Source: an uncultured Pseudomonadales bacterium
GTDB lineage: Bacteria > Patescibacteriota > Microgenomatia > UBA1400 > PJMF01
NCBI GenBank assembly: GCA_964637295.1
Contig: CAZWWE010000001.1
Location: 121,808 to 185,807, forward strand
Reading direction: 5' to 3'
Length of the DNA: 64,000 nt
Shown here piece by piece: positions 10,188 through 25,257 of this stretch. The translations under genes and the position numbers were made by a program. The notes beneath the pieces were generated by a model. It ran no database searches. It worked only from the letters and a program-made list of their open reading frames with translations, and had not been told where the DNA came from. Each line of letters starts with the position of its first letter. Within the stretch, counting starts at the first letter, position 1.

Positions 10188-10370
10188 TCAAGTGAAAATT
10201 TACTAAACAAGTTAGCAATCGCTTATTTTGTGACCAATTCGCTTTGTTTATTAATTTTGTTAGAATTGCTCGTTTTTAAAAAATCTTTTTTAGTTTTGTT
10301 CTGCCTGATTTTTTATGGATGCTACAAATTAAACACACATTTATTTAACAAAAAATCCACCAACCTCTGA
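10185..10370 (+). CDS. Small hydrophobic membrane protein
   Basis: 61 aa, two hydrophobic stretches, strong SD AAAGGAGG 6 nt upstream. Confidence 0.6.
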   Translation: MSSENLLNKLAIAYFVTNSLCLLILLELLVFKKSFLVLFCLIFYGCYKLNTHLFNKKSTNL

Positions 10371-10392
10371 CTTAAATTGCGATTTCTTTAAA

Positions 10393-13118
<2,726 letters not shown>

Positions 13119-13122
13119 AAAC

Positions 13123-14640
13123 TCAGGCTTCTTTCTTATAAAAACGAGGACGAGCTATTTTAAAATCTTGATTAAGTTTTTGCAAAGCTGCTTCTCCCGA
13201 AGCTTCAATCTTTGCTCCGGTCAAAAGAGTTTTCATTAAGGTAGCTTGTTTAGTTTTGGCAAAAGCCAAATACTCGCTTTCCCAAGCACCGAGATCGGCA
13301 ATTTCTACTTCATCAAGTAACCCATTGACGGCAGCATGAATAATTAAAACCTGATCGGCTACGGACATTTGTAAATCCCAAGCCTGCTTTAAAATTTCAC
13401 TGACTCTTTTGCCTCGATCTAATTGTTTTTTAGTGGCACTATCCAAATCTGAACTAAATTGGGCAAAAGCCTCTAGTTCTCTAAACTGGGCCAAATCAAG
13501 CTTCAAGCTGCCAGCCACTTGTTTCATTGCCTTCAGCTGAGCAGCTGAACCCACACGAGAAACTGAAAGACCAATGTTGATCGCCGGTCTCATGCCAGCA
13601 TTAAACAAATCAGTTTCCAAATAAATTTGGCCATCGGTAATAGAAATGACATTAGTAGGAATATAAGCTGACACATCATTGGCTTGAGTTTCGATGATGG
13701 GCAAAGCAGTGATTGAACCGCCACCATTCTCTTGATTTAATTTACAAGCACGCTCCAATAAACGAGAGTGTAAATAAAAGACATCACCAGGATAAGCTTC
13801 ACGGCCTGAAGGTCTTTTGAGTAACAAAGAGATTTCTCGATAAGCCTGAGCGTGTTTGCTCAGATCATCAAAAACAATTAAAACGTCTTTGCCTTTTTCG
13901 AGAAAATATTCGGCAATGGCTTGACCAGCATAAGGAGCTAAAAACTGTAAAGAAGCAGCTTCACTAGCTGAAGCGGCAACCACAGTGGTGTATTCCAAAG
14001 CTCCTTTGTCATCTAACACTTGAATAAATTGTGCTAGAGTCGATTTTTTTTGACCAATCGCCACGTAAACACAGATCACATCTTGACCTTTTTGATTTAA
14101 AATCGTGGCCAAAGCGATCGAAGACTTACCAGTATTACGATCGCCAATAATCAATTCTCTTTGACCTCTTCCAATTGGAATTAGGGCATCAATAGCTTTG
14201 ATTCCAGTCTGTAATGGTTGATTAACTGCTTCACGTACAATTACGCCAGGAGCAATTTTTTCCAGGAGCATCGATTTATCTTTTTGAATGGCAGCTTTGC
14301 CATCTTCTACTTGACCAAGTGGATTAACCACTCTACCGATAATCTCTTCTGAAACATCAATGGCTAAAATTTGTTTGCTACGATAAACAAGGTCACCAGT
14401 TTTAATTTGATCTGCACCTGCCAAAACGATAATGCCCACTTTATCTTTTTCCAAGTTAAGAGCTAGGCCAGTTGCTCCTGATTCAAAAGAAACTAACTCA
14501 CCAGCTTGCACATCATTCAATTCATCAGCAAAAACAATGCCATCGGCATAAGCAATCACTTTACCAACTGTCACTGCCTGAAGATTAAGATCTTGGCTTT
14601 TGAGAGTGTTTAAGTGATTAAAAACATCGACTTTTGACAT
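13123..14640 (-). CDS. atpA: ATP synthase F1 alpha
   Basis: [36 protein letters not shown]. Confidence 0.99.
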   Translation of the reverse strand: MSKVDVFNHLNTLKSQDLNLQAVTVGKVIAYADGIVFADELNDVQAGELVSFESGATGLALNLEKDKVGIIVLAGADQIKTGDLVYRSKQILAIDVSEEIIGRVVNPLGQVEDGKAAIQKDKSMLLEKIAPGVIVREAVNQPLQTGIKAIDALIPIGRGQRELIIGDRNTGKSSIALATILNQKGQDVICVYVAIGQKKSTLAQFIQVLDDKGALEYTTVVAASASEAASLQFLAPYAGQAIAEYFLEKGKDVLIVFDDLSKHAQAYREISLLLKRPSGREAYPGDVFYLHSRLLERACKLNQENGGGSITALPIIETQANDVSAYIPTNVISITDGQIYLETDLFNAGMRPAINIGLSVSRVGSAAQLKAMKQVAGSLKLDLAQFRELEAFAQFSSDLDSATKKQLDRGKRVSEILKQAWDLQMSVADQVLIIHAAVNGLLDEVEIADLGAWESEYLAFAKTKQATLMKTLLTGAKIEASGEAALQKLNQDFKIARPRFYKKEA

Positions 14641-14642
14641 AT

Positions 14643-14858
14643 TTAAATCTTACTAGCAAGCTGATTTAAACGAGTTTTCAAACTCGCATCATATAATTTA
14701 CCAGCTACACTGAGTTGTAATCCAGCAATCAACTCTGTTTTCAATTGATAATTAAAAAGTAGCTTGTCGCTTGAATATTGATCAGTTAAAGCTTGCTCTA
14801 GCTTCTTTTTTTGTTGATCAGTTAGCTCTACTGCGCTGGCAATATTAACTTGCAACAT
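14643..14858 (-). CDS. atpH: ATP synthase delta, C-terminal domain only
   Basis: SAVELT..Q...L....ELIAGL...[14 protein letters not shown]; located between atpF and atpA; 71 aa. Confidence 0.85.
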   Translation of the reverse strand: MLQVNIASAVELTDQQKKKLEQALTDQYSSDKLLFNYQLKTELIAGLQLSVAGKLYDASLKTRLNQLASKI

Positions 14859-14860
14859 AT

Positions 14861-15346
14861 TTATAAGCTTTCAATAATTTGGTTAATTTGTTGATCAATT
14901 AGTTTTTGATGTTTTTTGGCATCAATAGATTCTTGTAAAACTGTTTCGGCAATCTTGACTGCCGCTTGTTTTAATTCTTGATCCATCATTTTTAATTTTT
15001 CTTTTTTCAATTTGGCCAATTCAGCCGTAAATTTACTTTCTTTCAAAGCTAAATCAGCCTTATTTTGTTCAATTAAAGCTTTGACTGTTTTTTTTGCTTC
15101 AGCCTGAGTTTCGTGTTCGATTTTTTTAGCTGTTTGTTGTGCCTGATCCAAAGTCTCACGTTTAATTTTTTCCAAATTGGCTTTTTCTTGCAAAATTTCA
15201 TTGGAAGCCGCCGCCGCTTGCGCTACTTTCGCCTTGCGCTCATTCAATAATTTCAAAACAGGCTGATAAATGAAACGAGTCAAAACAAACAAAACCAGAC
15301 CAAAATTAATAATCTGAAAAATAATTTGTGCTAATTGTATATCCAT
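14861..15346 (-). CDS. atpF: ATP synthase Fo b
   Basis: QIINFGLVLFVLTRFIYQPV...ER plus coiled coil. Confidence 0.93.
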   Translation of the reverse strand: MDIQLAQIIFQIINFGLVLFVLTRFIYQPVLKLLNERKAKVAQAAAASNEILQEKANLEKIKRETLDQAQQTAKKIEHETQAEAKKTVKALIEQNKADLALKESKFTAELAKLKKEKLKMMDQELKQAAVKIAETVLQESIDAKKHQKLIDQQINQIIESL

Positions 15347-15371
15347 AGATTGATTCCTTTGCTAAAAAGCC

Positions 15372-16612
<1,241 letters not shown>

Positions 16613-16705
16613 ATGGCTCGAATTATAAATAGCCAAAGCCAATAAGACAAGAGCCGACTTTTTTGCTATGCTTTTTATTAATTAGGCTTTCTCACAAAAC
16701 TAGTT

Positions 16706-18130
16706 ATGAATCAAAACTATCCACTCAATCCTCGACTCCGAAAACAAAGAAAAACTTTGCTTTCTTTTCTGGCTTTGATCTTTTTAATTACTGGCGTGAT
16801 GTTGGGTGCCTGGCAATTAAAAATTGTGCGTGAATTTTTTGGACAAGCCAGTGGTGTTCCTGCCAACTTAATCATTGATACACAGGCTATTTTAGGCCCT
16901 TTGCCTCGACCGTGGCGAAACCTGGCTCAAGGTGGTGAAGATCATAATTGGCGTTTAGATAAACTAAATGGGCCAGTTGCGGCTCTTAAGCCAGAATACA
17001 TTCGTCTCGATCATATTTATGATTTCTACGACATTGTTCAAGGGGGACCAGGCAATTTAACTTTCAATTGGACCAAATTTGACTTGATCATTGATGACAT
17101 TGTTAAAACTGGTGCCACACCCTATGTCGCTTTAAGCTATATGCCGCCAGCCATTTCTTCTGGAGATATTTTGGCCTATCCCACTAATTGGGCTGATTGG
17201 CAATTAGTGGTGCAAAAAACCATTGAACATGTAAGTGGTAGCAAGGGCATTCGTGATGTTTATTATGAAGTTTGGAATGAACCAGATTTGTTTGGTTCAT
17301 TTAAATATTATGGAGAGAAAAACTATCTCACTCTTTATGCCTACGCCAGCGCCGGAGCTAAAAATGCAAGAGGTGTTTTACCATTCAAGTTAGGAGGCCC
17401 AGCTATCACTGCTCTCTACAAAAATTGGTTTGATGCTTGGGCTAAAGCTTGCATTGGCAATAGCTGGCGTTGTGATTTCTTTTCTTGGCATCGCTACAGT
17501 AACGATCTAGATCAGTATGCTGAAGATATGGAATTAGTAAAAAATTGGGTAGCAGCTTACCCACAACTAGAACCCACTTTAGAATTTCATATTACGGAAT
17601 GGGGGCATGATAGCAAAAATCATGCTGGCTATGATTCACAATACGGAGCAGCCCACACCGTAGCTGGCGCAATTGCCATGAGCAATCGCGTGACTAGAGC
17701 TTTTGCCTTCGAAATTCAAGATGGCAAAGACCCTGAAGGCAAAAGCCAATGGGGTCGTTGGGGAATGTTTACGCATAATGATTTTGGGGCAAATAGTAAA
17801 CCGCGTTATCGAGCTCTCAAAATGCTTGACAGCATCGCTGACCAACGCCTACAAATCACTGGCTTGGGTTCTTGGGTTAAAGCCCTAGCTGCCAAAAATG
17901 ATAATGGTGAAACAGAAATTATTATTGCCAATTTTGATGCCAAAGGCGCACACAGTGAAACAGTCCCCCTCACTTTTTTAAATATTGAACCAGGCTCTTA
18001 CACCTTAGACAAAGAATTTTTGGGAGGTAGTAAACAAAATCAGCAACTCGCCACCGATGCCGCTATTTTAAAAACCGAAATTTTTATGCCTATTAATGAA
18101 GTCGCCAAAATAAAATTGATTAAGAATTAA
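16706..18130 (+). CDS. Membrane-anchored GH39-like glycoside hydrolase
   Basis: N-terminal TM; YIRLDH, YYEVWNEPD (acid/base), LGGPA, FFSWHRY, ITEW (nucleophile). Confidence 0.8.
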   Translation: MNQNYPLNPRLRKQRKTLLSFLALIFLITGVMLGAWQLKIVREFFGQASGVPANLIIDTQAILGPLPRPWRNLAQGGEDHNWRLDKLNGPVAALKPEYIRLDHIYDFYDIVQGGPGNLTFNWTKFDLIIDDIVKTGATPYVALSYMPPAISSGDILAYPTNWADWQLVVQKTIEHVSGSKGIRDVYYEVWNEPDLFGSFKYYGEKNYLTLYAYASAGAKNARGVLPFKLGGPAITALYKNWFDAWAKACIGNSWRCDFFSWHRYSNDLDQYAEDMELVKNWVAAYPQLEPTLEFHITEWGHDSKNHAGYDSQYGAAHTVAGAIAMSNRVTRAFAFEIQDGKDPEGKSQWGRWGMFTHNDFGANSKPRYRALKMLDSIADQRLQITGLGSWVKALAAKNDNGETEIIIANFDAKGAHSETVPLTFLNIEPGSYTLDKEFLGGSKQNQQLATDAAILKTEIFMPINEVAKIKLIKN

Positions 18131-19271
18131 GCCCCAAGAGAAATTTAATTTTTTTGGCAAACATCAACGGCGCATAAACTTGAGTACATTGATGAATTTT
18201 TAATAAATCGACGCGAAAGTTTTGTTGAAAATTTTTAATCGCCGCTATAAGACTCTCAACGGTTAAATCTTGAAAAAACACACCTGTTTTTCCTGCTTCA
18301 ATAGTTTCTTTGGGTCCTCCAGAAAAATGAGCAATGACCGGCGTGCCAAAAGCCATCGCTTCAATCGGTACCATGCCAAAATCTTCGTCTTCGACAGGAT
18401 AAATTAAAGCCTGAGCATTTTTATAAAGTTCGATTAATTGCTGATCATTGACCGCTCCTAAAAATTCAATTGTTTCGCCAGCTATTTTTTTTAAATTTTC
18501 CAACATCGCTCCTGACCCCACCACTTTGAGAGGAATTTTTAAGTTAGTCGCTGCTTGGACAGCCAATTCTGGATGTTTGGCCAAAGCCAAGCGATTGACA
18601 TAAAGATAATAAGAAGTTGTTTTTTGTTTGGTGAAATCAGCCAATGTTTTTTTATTTAACTGATCAAAAAAAGTTTGAGCACTATCATAGATTTTAATTG
18701 GCGGATTAATGACGACACTTTTTCTTTTATAAAACTTCTGAATTCTAAGCGCTGTTTCTTGAGAGTTAGCAATAAAAAAATCTGGATTTTGTGCTGCTTG
18801 AAAATCCATTTGTCTGACGAAGTGATTGAGCAAATTACCAGCAAAACGAGTGAGTGAATTTGCCTGCCAATTACTTTTAGCACTGTAGCCATACAGCACT
18901 CTCGGCGGAGTATGACAATAACAATAATGCACGCCATTGGGCACTTTCACGGCCTTAGCGAAATAGGCGTTGGAAGAACTAATCACTACATCATATCCAC
19001 TTAAATCAAACTGTTCAAAAGCCCATTTAGCAAAAATGCGCATTGGAGAAAAAAGTTGTTTATAAAAAGGCAAACGAATTAATTTGCTTTGACGAATGTC
19101 CCAATCGGCAAAAATTTGCCAATTTTTTCCCATAGCTTTTGAGTCAACAAAAGCCGTGTAGATCGGGGCTGTCGGAAACATTGCGTGCAAAGCTTCTAAC
19201 ACGCGTTCAGCACCACCGTATTCTCTCAAATAATCGTGAACTAGAGCTATTTTTAAGTTTTTTTTTGCCAT
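18120..19271 (-). CDS. Glycosyltransferase family 4
   Basis: IALVHDYL..YGGAERVL, YCHTPPR, EDFGMVPIEAMAFGTPVIA. Confidence 0.92.
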   Translation of the reverse strand: MAKKNLKIALVHDYLREYGGAERVLEALHAMFPTAPIYTAFVDSKAMGKNWQIFADWDIRQSKLIRLPFYKQLFSPMRIFAKWAFEQFDLSGYDVVISSSNAYFAKAVKVPNGVHYCYCHTPPRVLYGYSAKSNWQANSLTRFAGNLLNHFVRQMDFQAAQNPDFFIANSQETALRIQKFYKRKSVVINPPIKIYDSAQTFFDQLNKKTLADFTKQKTTSYYLYVNRLALAKHPELAVQAATNLKIPLKVVGSGAMLENLKKIAGETIEFLGAVNDQQLIELYKNAQALIYPVEDEDFGMVPIEAMAFGTPVIAHFSGGPKETIEAGKTGVFFQDLTVESLIAAIKNFQQNFRVDLLKIHQCTQVYAPLMFAKKIKFLLGLNS

Positions 19272-19293
19272 ATTTTATCAATTTGTCACAAGT

Positions 19294-20223
19294 TCAAAAT
19301 AAAGCCTCTTGCACTGAGGTTTCAAAAGCATCTTTAGGTAAAAAATTGATTAAAGATTTAAAATTTAGAGTTTTAAAAATCTCAATTACCTGATTCTTAT
19401 CATAACTTGTTAAACGACAATTCTCTAAATCAAAATCAATTGGTGCTTGGCACTCAATAGTAGCTAGTTCTTTACTCAAAAAAGCTTCCTCTTTACCAGC
19501 TATCAACTTATTTAACAAAGCCCCTTTAATTAAATCGTTACCAGTTGGATTGCTTGCTAAAAATTCATAAATTTTTTCAATCGTGCCAAAGGCTTGAATA
19601 AGAGCAGCAGCGGTTTTTGGACCAACACCTCTCACACCCGGAATATTGTCAGAATTGTCACCCATTAACGCCTTAAGATCAATTACTTGTTTCGGACTTA
19701 TCCCAAGTTTTTTTTCTACCAAGGCCGCATCATATTCAATATCACCTTTTTGTTTACCACGAGCTGGCATCCAAATGTGTGTATCATTATCAACTAACTG
19801 AAAAGCATCTTGATCACCAGTGACAATAATCGTCAATAATTGGCGATCTAAATCTTCAACTTGATGATTAACAGTGCCAATCAGGTCATCAGCTTCAAAA
19901 CCCTCAATCTCAAACTTAGGAATACCAAGAGCGGTAACAACATCTTTGACTAATTGAATTTGTGGAATTAAATCATCGGGCATTTTGGCTCGCTGAGCTT
20001 TATAGCCATCAAATTTTTTATGGCGAAAAGTAGGCTTAGGATGATCAAAACAAACTGCAGCGTACTCAGGTTCAAAATAACTAATCGCCCCCAAGACCAT
20101 TTTACTAAAACCATAGACTGCATTGACCAAATTTCCTGCCGGATCAGTTAAATTGGGAATAGCATAATAAGCACGATAAATCAGAGCATGAGCATCAACT
20201 AAAAGAAATTTTTTACGGGACAT
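19294..20223 (-). CDS. Stand-alone 5'-3' exonuclease (PolA N-terminal/FEN domain)
   Basis: LLVDAHALIYRAYY, YKAQR, FEADDLIGT, TGDQD, GDNSDNIPGVRGVGPKTA; no polymerase domain; start MSRKK. Confidence 0.9.
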   Translation of the reverse strand: MSRKKFLLVDAHALIYRAYYAIPNLTDPAGNLVNAVYGFSKMVLGAISYFEPEYAAVCFDHPKPTFRHKKFDGYKAQRAKMPDDLIPQIQLVKDVVTALGIPKFEIEGFEADDLIGTVNHQVEDLDRQLLTIIVTGDQDAFQLVDNDTHIWMPARGKQKGDIEYDAALVEKKLGISPKQVIDLKALMGDNSDNIPGVRGVGPKTAAALIQAFGTIEKIYEFLASNPTGNDLIKGALLNKLIAGKEEAFLSKELATIECQAPIDFDLENCRLTSYDKNQVIEIFKTLNFKSLINFLPKDAFETSVQEALF

Positions 20224-20242
20224 AATTGATGATTTCCCGCCA

Positions 20243-22147
20243 TTATATCGCTTTGGCTTTGGGCATGTCCATGAGTTTGGCAAACTCATCTGCATCTAAA
20301 GTTTCTTTTTCCAATAAATTTTCAGCAATTTTATCGAGTTTGGCACGGTATTTGGTTAATAAGGCTGCAGCCTTACTTTCTGCTTGACGAACATAGCTCA
20401 TCATTTCTTCATCTACTTGCTCTAAAACCTTAGTGGAAGGCTTATCTGCTTCACCCCAAGCTCGACTATAATCTTCCCCTTCGTATTGAGGTCCAAAGTT
20501 CATGGGACCTAATTTGCTCATGCCAAAACGCACCACCATATTGCGAGCAATTCTAGTCACTCGATCAATATCATTACTAGCACCGGCAGTTTGCTCATTA
20601 AAAATCAGCATTTCGGCAGCCCTACCGCCTAGCATCACGGTCATGTCATCAAGCAATTCAGATTTCAAAATTTGCAATTTATCTTTTTCTGGAGGAGTAA
20701 AGGTGTAACCCAAGGCCTGGCCTCTGGAAACAATTGAGATGCGATGCACTGGATCAGCATAAGGCAAAATGTGAGCCAAAACTGCATGACCCGCTTCGTG
20801 ATAAGCCGTCATTTTTTTCTCTTTTTCATCTTGCAAACGTTTTTTGCTCGGTCCATATTTCACTTTCAAAGATGCCTCTTCAATATCCTCCAAAGTAATT
20901 TCTTCGCGACTTTCTCTAGCTATAGCAATAGCTGCTTCATTAAGCATATTTTCTAAATCTGCTCCAGAAAAACCCACTGTGCGCTTGGCCACTTTTTCCC
21001 AATCCAAATCTTTGCTGAAAGTTTTATTTTTAGCGTGAATATTTAAAATAAACTTACGTTCTTCTAGATCTGGCAAATTAACTTGCACGCGACGATCAAA
21101 GCGACCAGGACGAACTAGGGCTGGATCGAGCATATCTCCTCGATTGGTGGCGGCCATCACAATGACGTTGTCATTTTGCGTAAAACCATCCATCTCGACT
21201 AAAATTTGATTAAGAGTTTGTTCACGCTCATCATGAGAAGACATACTGTTGCGACTGCGCATACGACCAATCGCATCAATTTCATCAATGAAAATAATTG
21301 ATGGAGCAATCTTTTTAGCCGTATCAAATAAATCTCTCACACGAGAAGCTCCTACACCTACCAACATTTCCATGAATTCACTTCCAGCAATGGAAAGAAA
21401 TTGCACCCCAGCTTCACCAGCTACAGCTCTAGCTAATAAAGTTTTACCCGTTCCAGCTGGACCAACTAATAATACTCCTTTGGGAGTACGTGCTCCGACT
21501 TTGGTATATTTTTTGGGGTTTTTTAAAAAATCGACAATTTCTTCGAGTTCTTTTTTGGCTTCATTCATGCCACCAACATCTTTGAAAGAAATATTTTGTT
21601 TACCTTTGACAAAAACTTTAGCTTTGCTTTTACCCATACCAAACATGGCGTCAGTACCACCTCGAGCTTGTCTAAAAACAAACATTAAAAGCACAAACAT
21701 TAAAATAATTGGCAAGAAATTGATCACCAATTCCCAAAGCATTTGCATAAAAGTAGCATCATGAATTTCTGTATCTACTTTTGTTAAATCAATGTTGGCC
21801 GAATCGAGCACTTCCAAAACTTTTTGACCTTCTTCTTTTTTGGCCACTTTTTTAGCATTGTCTTTATAAGTTAAGCGCAGTTCTTGGCCATAGACCTCCA
21901 TTTTGGCCACTTTTTCATCTCTAATATCTGTCACCATTTGACTGATGGTGATCTGCTCACGACCGCGATTACCGCCAAAAGCACCTAAAAGTGAAGGGAC
22001 AAATAAAAATAAAATAATTAAATAAATCAGGGTTTTGTTGAAAAATTTATTTAAATTAATTCTTAGCTCCACGCGCTTATATGTTCCATTCTGCTTGGGA
22101 GTTTTTGGCTCAGCTTTCTTAGGATTTTTTTCATTTTGATCGTTCAT
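20243..22147 (-). CDS. ftsH: ATP-dependent zinc metalloprotease FtsH
   Basis: Two [29 protein letters not shown]. Confidence 0.98.
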   Translation of the reverse strand: MNDQNEKNPKKAEPKTPKQNGTYKRVELRINLNKFFNKTLIYLIILFLFVPSLLGAFGGNRGREQITISQMVTDIRDEKVAKMEVYGQELRLTYKDNAKKVAKKEEGQKVLEVLDSANIDLTKVDTEIHDATFMQMLWELVINFLPIILMFVLLMFVFRQARGGTDAMFGMGKSKAKVFVKGKQNISFKDVGGMNEAKKELEEIVDFLKNPKKYTKVGARTPKGVLLVGPAGTGKTLLARAVAGEAGVQFLSIAGSEFMEMLVGVGASRVRDLFDTAKKIAPSIIFIDEIDAIGRMRSRNSMSSHDEREQTLNQILVEMDGFTQNDNVIVMAATNRGDMLDPALVRPGRFDRRVQVNLPDLEERKFILNIHAKNKTFSKDLDWEKVAKRTVGFSGADLENMLNEAAIAIARESREEITLEDIEEASLKVKYGPSKKRLQDEKEKKMTAYHEAGHAVLAHILPYADPVHRISIVSRGQALGYTFTPPEKDKLQILKSELLDDMTVMLGGRAAEMLIFNEQTAGASNDIDRVTRIARNMVVRFGMSKLGPMNFGPQYEGEDYSRAWGEADKPSTKVLEQVDEEMMSYVRQAESKAAALLTKYRAKLDKIAENLLEKETLDADEFAKLMDMPKAKAI

Positions 22148-22186
22148 AAAAGTCAAACTTTCTAGTAGCGATAGTTGATGCTTAGT

Positions 22187-22522
22187 TTAGCACAAGACGG
22201 CGCCTAGTTCTGCCTGATCATCTAAATTAATTAGCATTGGCTTATCAGCATTGTCTATCATCAGCATCATCCCCTGACTGACACTTGGGCCCATCTTGCG
22301 TTCTGCTAAATTAACTACAAAAGGAAATTTTTTATTCAAAAAATCAGCTGCATCATACCATTTTTGAACTCCAGAAAAAATCGTTTTTTCGCCAAGTGTT
22401 GCGCCAAAATTAACTCTAAATTCTAAAAGCTTCTCACTCCACTCTGGAATTTTTACAAAAGTCACCATACCGACTCGCAGCTCAACTTTTAAAAAATCAG
22501 TAAATTGAATGGTTTCTGACAT
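22187..22522 (-). CDS. tRNA-binding OB-fold protein (Trbp111/CsaA/MetG C-terminal family)
   Basis: IQFTDFLKVELRVG, KLL, VVNLAERKM..VSQGMML. Confidence 0.85.
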   Translation of the reverse strand: MSETIQFTDFLKVELRVGMVTFVKIPEWSEKLLEFRVNFGATLGEKTIFSGVQKWYDAADFLNKKFPFVVNLAERKMGPSVSQGMMLMIDNADKPMLINLDDQAELGAVLC

Positions 22523-22530
22523 AGGAAGTG

Positions 22531-23646
22531 TTATTCTATCATTTTTTTCTCGAAACGAATTTTAGAATTTCTGCTATGGCGAGCAATGGCTAAATTAATT
22601 AAATGATCTATCAATCTTCCATAAGTCATGCCAGTCGCCTGCATCATCAATTTGGGATACATGCTAATCTTGGTAAAACCAGGAATGGTGTTGATTTCAT
22701 TAAAAAATATCTCTCCACTGTCACTTAAGAAAAAATCTACTCTGGCCATGCCTTCAGCTTGACAAATTCTAAAAATTTTTTTGGATAAAGCTTGAATGGC
22801 TTGTTGTTGAGCTGGCAAAAGTGGAGCGGGAATTAACAATTGAGCTCCAGCTTCATCAAGATATTTGGCATCATAAGAATAAAAACCGTGTTTAGCATTG
22901 GGAATAATTTCGCCTACTTCACCGACGATTAATTCTTCTCGATTGCCCAGAACTGCACATTCAAGCTCTCTACCAGAAATAGCCGTTTCGATCAAAATTT
23001 TATGATCCACTGCAAAAGCTGCTTTCAAAGCTCTGTAAAATTGTTCCTGATTATTAACTTTATTGATCCCAACTGAAGAACCAGCACTCGCTGGTTTGAC
23101 AAAAAATGGCAACCCTAAAACTTGCGCAACTTGTTTAAAATCAATTGCTTGCCTTGTTGTTTGCTCAAAAGATAAATACTTGGCGACCTTAATCGCTGAC
23201 ATGATTGCTAATTTTTTAGTTATTTCTTTATCCATGGCAATGGCTGAAGCAAGCACATCTGGACCAACATAGGGTAAATTCAACATTTCTAAAAAACCCT
23301 GCATTTTGCCGTCTTCAGCAAAAGAACCGTGCATAATCGGAAAAACTACGTCGATTTTTTGATTGCCAGTGGGCAAAATTGCTTGACCGACGCCATCAGC
23401 CACACTCCAAGCAACTTCAGTAAAGCCAGTCTTTTTGAGAGAAATAAGATCTGGATCATCATCATGAGCTAAAAAATGTTGATAGTCGCTGTAAAAACGG
23501 AAAGTACCGTCTTTGGCCACTGCAAAAAGCAAGAGCTCATACTTGGTCAAATCTAAAGCAGCAATAATATTTTTGGCTGACACCAAAGACACTTCGTGTT
23601 CCACAGATTTACCACCACAAATCAAAGCCAAATAAGTTTTTGCCAT
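22531..23646 (-). CDS. ddl: D-alanine--D-alanine ligase
   Basis: GGKSVEHEVSL, HGSFAEDG, KPASAGSSVG, NEINTIPGFT..SMYP. Confidence 0.97.
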   Translation of the reverse strand: MAKTYLALICGGKSVEHEVSLVSAKNIIAALDLTKYELLLFAVAKDGTFRFYSDYQHFLAHDDDPDLISLKKTGFTEVAWSVADGVGQAILPTGNQKIDVVFPIMHGSFAEDGKMQGFLEMLNLPYVGPDVLASAIAMDKEITKKLAIMSAIKVAKYLSFEQTTRQAIDFKQVAQVLGLPFFVKPASAGSSVGINKVNNQEQFYRALKAAFAVDHKILIETAISGRELECAVLGNREELIVGEVGEIIPNAKHGFYSYDAKYLDEAGAQLLIPAPLLPAQQQAIQALSKKIFRICQAEGMARVDFFLSDSGEIFFNEINTIPGFTKISMYPKLMMQATGMTYGRLIDHLINLAIARHSRNSKIRFEKKMIE

Positions 23647-23739
23647 ATAAGAGACCTTTTGTAAAAACTATCTTAGCATGAGATCATCATTGGTAAAAAT
23701 GTGAAAATTTATCAAAAAACAAGCTAGCTTTCATTTAGT

Positions 23740-23900
23740 ATTTTCAATTTACTTATAACAAGCCATCGAAGGAGTTGCTTAACCAAATAAAAAACATTGC
23801 TTTGCTGGTAGACAACGACTTCGTTGAGTGAAGAAAAGATTGTTAATTTAAATAACAAACACTTTTAGCTGAACGTGCTTGTTCTAAGTGAATTGAAAAT
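23740..23900. repeat. Long-stem three-way-junction element family 2 (after xer)
   Basis: 24-bp arms 23740-23763 and 23877-23900; inner cgaag-GA-gttg/caac-GA-cttcg, TGAGTG junction, aaaagattgtta/taacaa..ctttt. Confidence 0.75.
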
Positions 23901-24766
23901 TACAGCTCTTCAATTTTAATATTTGGCTGCATCTCTGGAGCTTCAATTAAATGAAGATATTTTTCTGTAGTAGTAATGCGTTTGTGACCCACTAGCTGAG
24001 AAACATAAACCAGAGGCGTACCTGCTTTTAATTGCTCAACGATGAAAGTATGACGCAAATCGTTAACTTTAGCATCTTTGATACCAGCTAGACGAAAATA
24101 GCGATCAATGGCGGTGCGAATGTTGCGTACTAAAAAAGGTCGACAAGTCTTGGTCAAAAATAAGGTTTTTTCTTTAGCTCGAGGGCGAAGTCTTAAATAA
24201 TCCAAAATAGCTTTTTTGGCGGCAGCATTCAGTGGAATACGACGGGCTTCTCTAGAATTTTGTGCCTGAATGTAAATTAGCTCCCTCTCTAAATCAATAT
24301 CTGTCATTTGCAAATAAGCTAATTCGCTGATACGCATGCCAGTTTGTAACAAAATTTCCACAATGGCGTGCATACGAGCATCAGCACGACAAGAATCGCG
24401 CAAAGCACGATATTCTAAACGAGATAAAATTCTCGGGGGAGTTTGATCAAATTTTGGCTGACTAATCTCCTCAGTTAAATTGTGTTCGATTAAACCTTCA
24501 CTCAAGCAAAAACGAAAAAAAGCTTTAATAGAGTTGATTTTGCGAGAAATTGATTTACTGCTATATCTTTGTTTTTTTAATAATTCTTTAAAATCTTCAA
24601 TATCAGTCGCCAACACTTCCGCTAACAAAGTTTTTGATCTTTTACTTAAAAAATCTGCCAACTGCTCAATATCTTTATTATAAGCAATCACAGTTGCGTG
24701 AGCTTTGCCATTATTTTGTAAGTGAGCAACGAACTTGACTTGCGCATCGACTAAGTTTGTGTGCAT
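23900..24766 (-). CDS. XerC/XerD-family tyrosine recombinase
   Basis: SAM-like N-terminal domain; TGMRISE, DLRHTF, LVGH..ITTTEKY catalytic motifs. Confidence 0.9.
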   Translation of the reverse strand: MHTNLVDAQVKFVAHLQNNGKAHATVIAYNKDIEQLADFLSKRSKTLLAEVLATDIEDFKELLKKQRYSSKSISRKINSIKAFFRFCLSEGLIEHNLTEEISQPKFDQTPPRILSRLEYRALRDSCRADARMHAIVEILLQTGMRISELAYLQMTDIDLERELIYIQAQNSREARRIPLNAAAKKAILDYLRLRPRAKEKTLFLTKTCRPFLVRNIRTAIDRYFRLAGIKDAKVNDLRHTFIVEQLKAGTPLVYVSQLVGHKRITTTEKYLHLIEAPEMQPNIKIEEL

Positions 24767-24866
24767 AATTAATCTGCTATAATTTCATGGGACAGCTAAA
24801 TAAGGTCTTATAATATCACGAAGTAGGTTTATTAACAAGTTTAATCTCTTTTATAAAAAGATCAAA

Positions 24867-25244
24867 ATGCATCGCCAATCATTGCTCGCACTGCTTAGTC
24901 ATCCACTGATTGTGACCATCATCACCATACTCAGCATAATGAGTATTTTTTCACTACGCAACAACACTCGATCTGCTTTAATATCACAAAAAAGCCTGCA
25001 ACAAGTAGAGGAAAATCTTAAATTAGTAGAAGAAAATTATTTAGCCAAGCAAAGCCAAGCGGCACTGCAGCAAACTCCATTGGCCATCGAAAAAATCATG
25101 CGCAATGAGTTATTAAAAAAAAGAGCAGAAGAAATTGTTTTGCAAATTCCAGAACCAAATCATTCGCGAGCAGAACGCAACTTGCCACCTCCAGCTGTCA
25201 ATGGTGGCCCACTTCATGAATGGTGGCAACTTTTAAATTTTTAA
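24867..25244 (+). CDS. FtsB/DivIC-like septum formation initiator
   Basis: N-terminal TM, coiled coil, TPLAIEKIMRNELLKKRAEE, C-terminal WW.L. Confidence 0.6.
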   Translation: MHRQSLLALLSHPLIVTIITILSIMSIFSLRNNTRSALISQKSLQQVEENLKLVEENYLAKQSQAALQQTPLAIEKIMRNELLKKRAEEIVLQIPEPNHSRAERNLPPPAVNGGPLHEWWQLLNF

Positions 25245-25257
25245 AAAAGGAAAAATT

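Noticed and set aside
10212-10238. Fourth CIRCE (TTAGCAATC half-site)
   Set aside because: No matching right half; lies inside an ORF.
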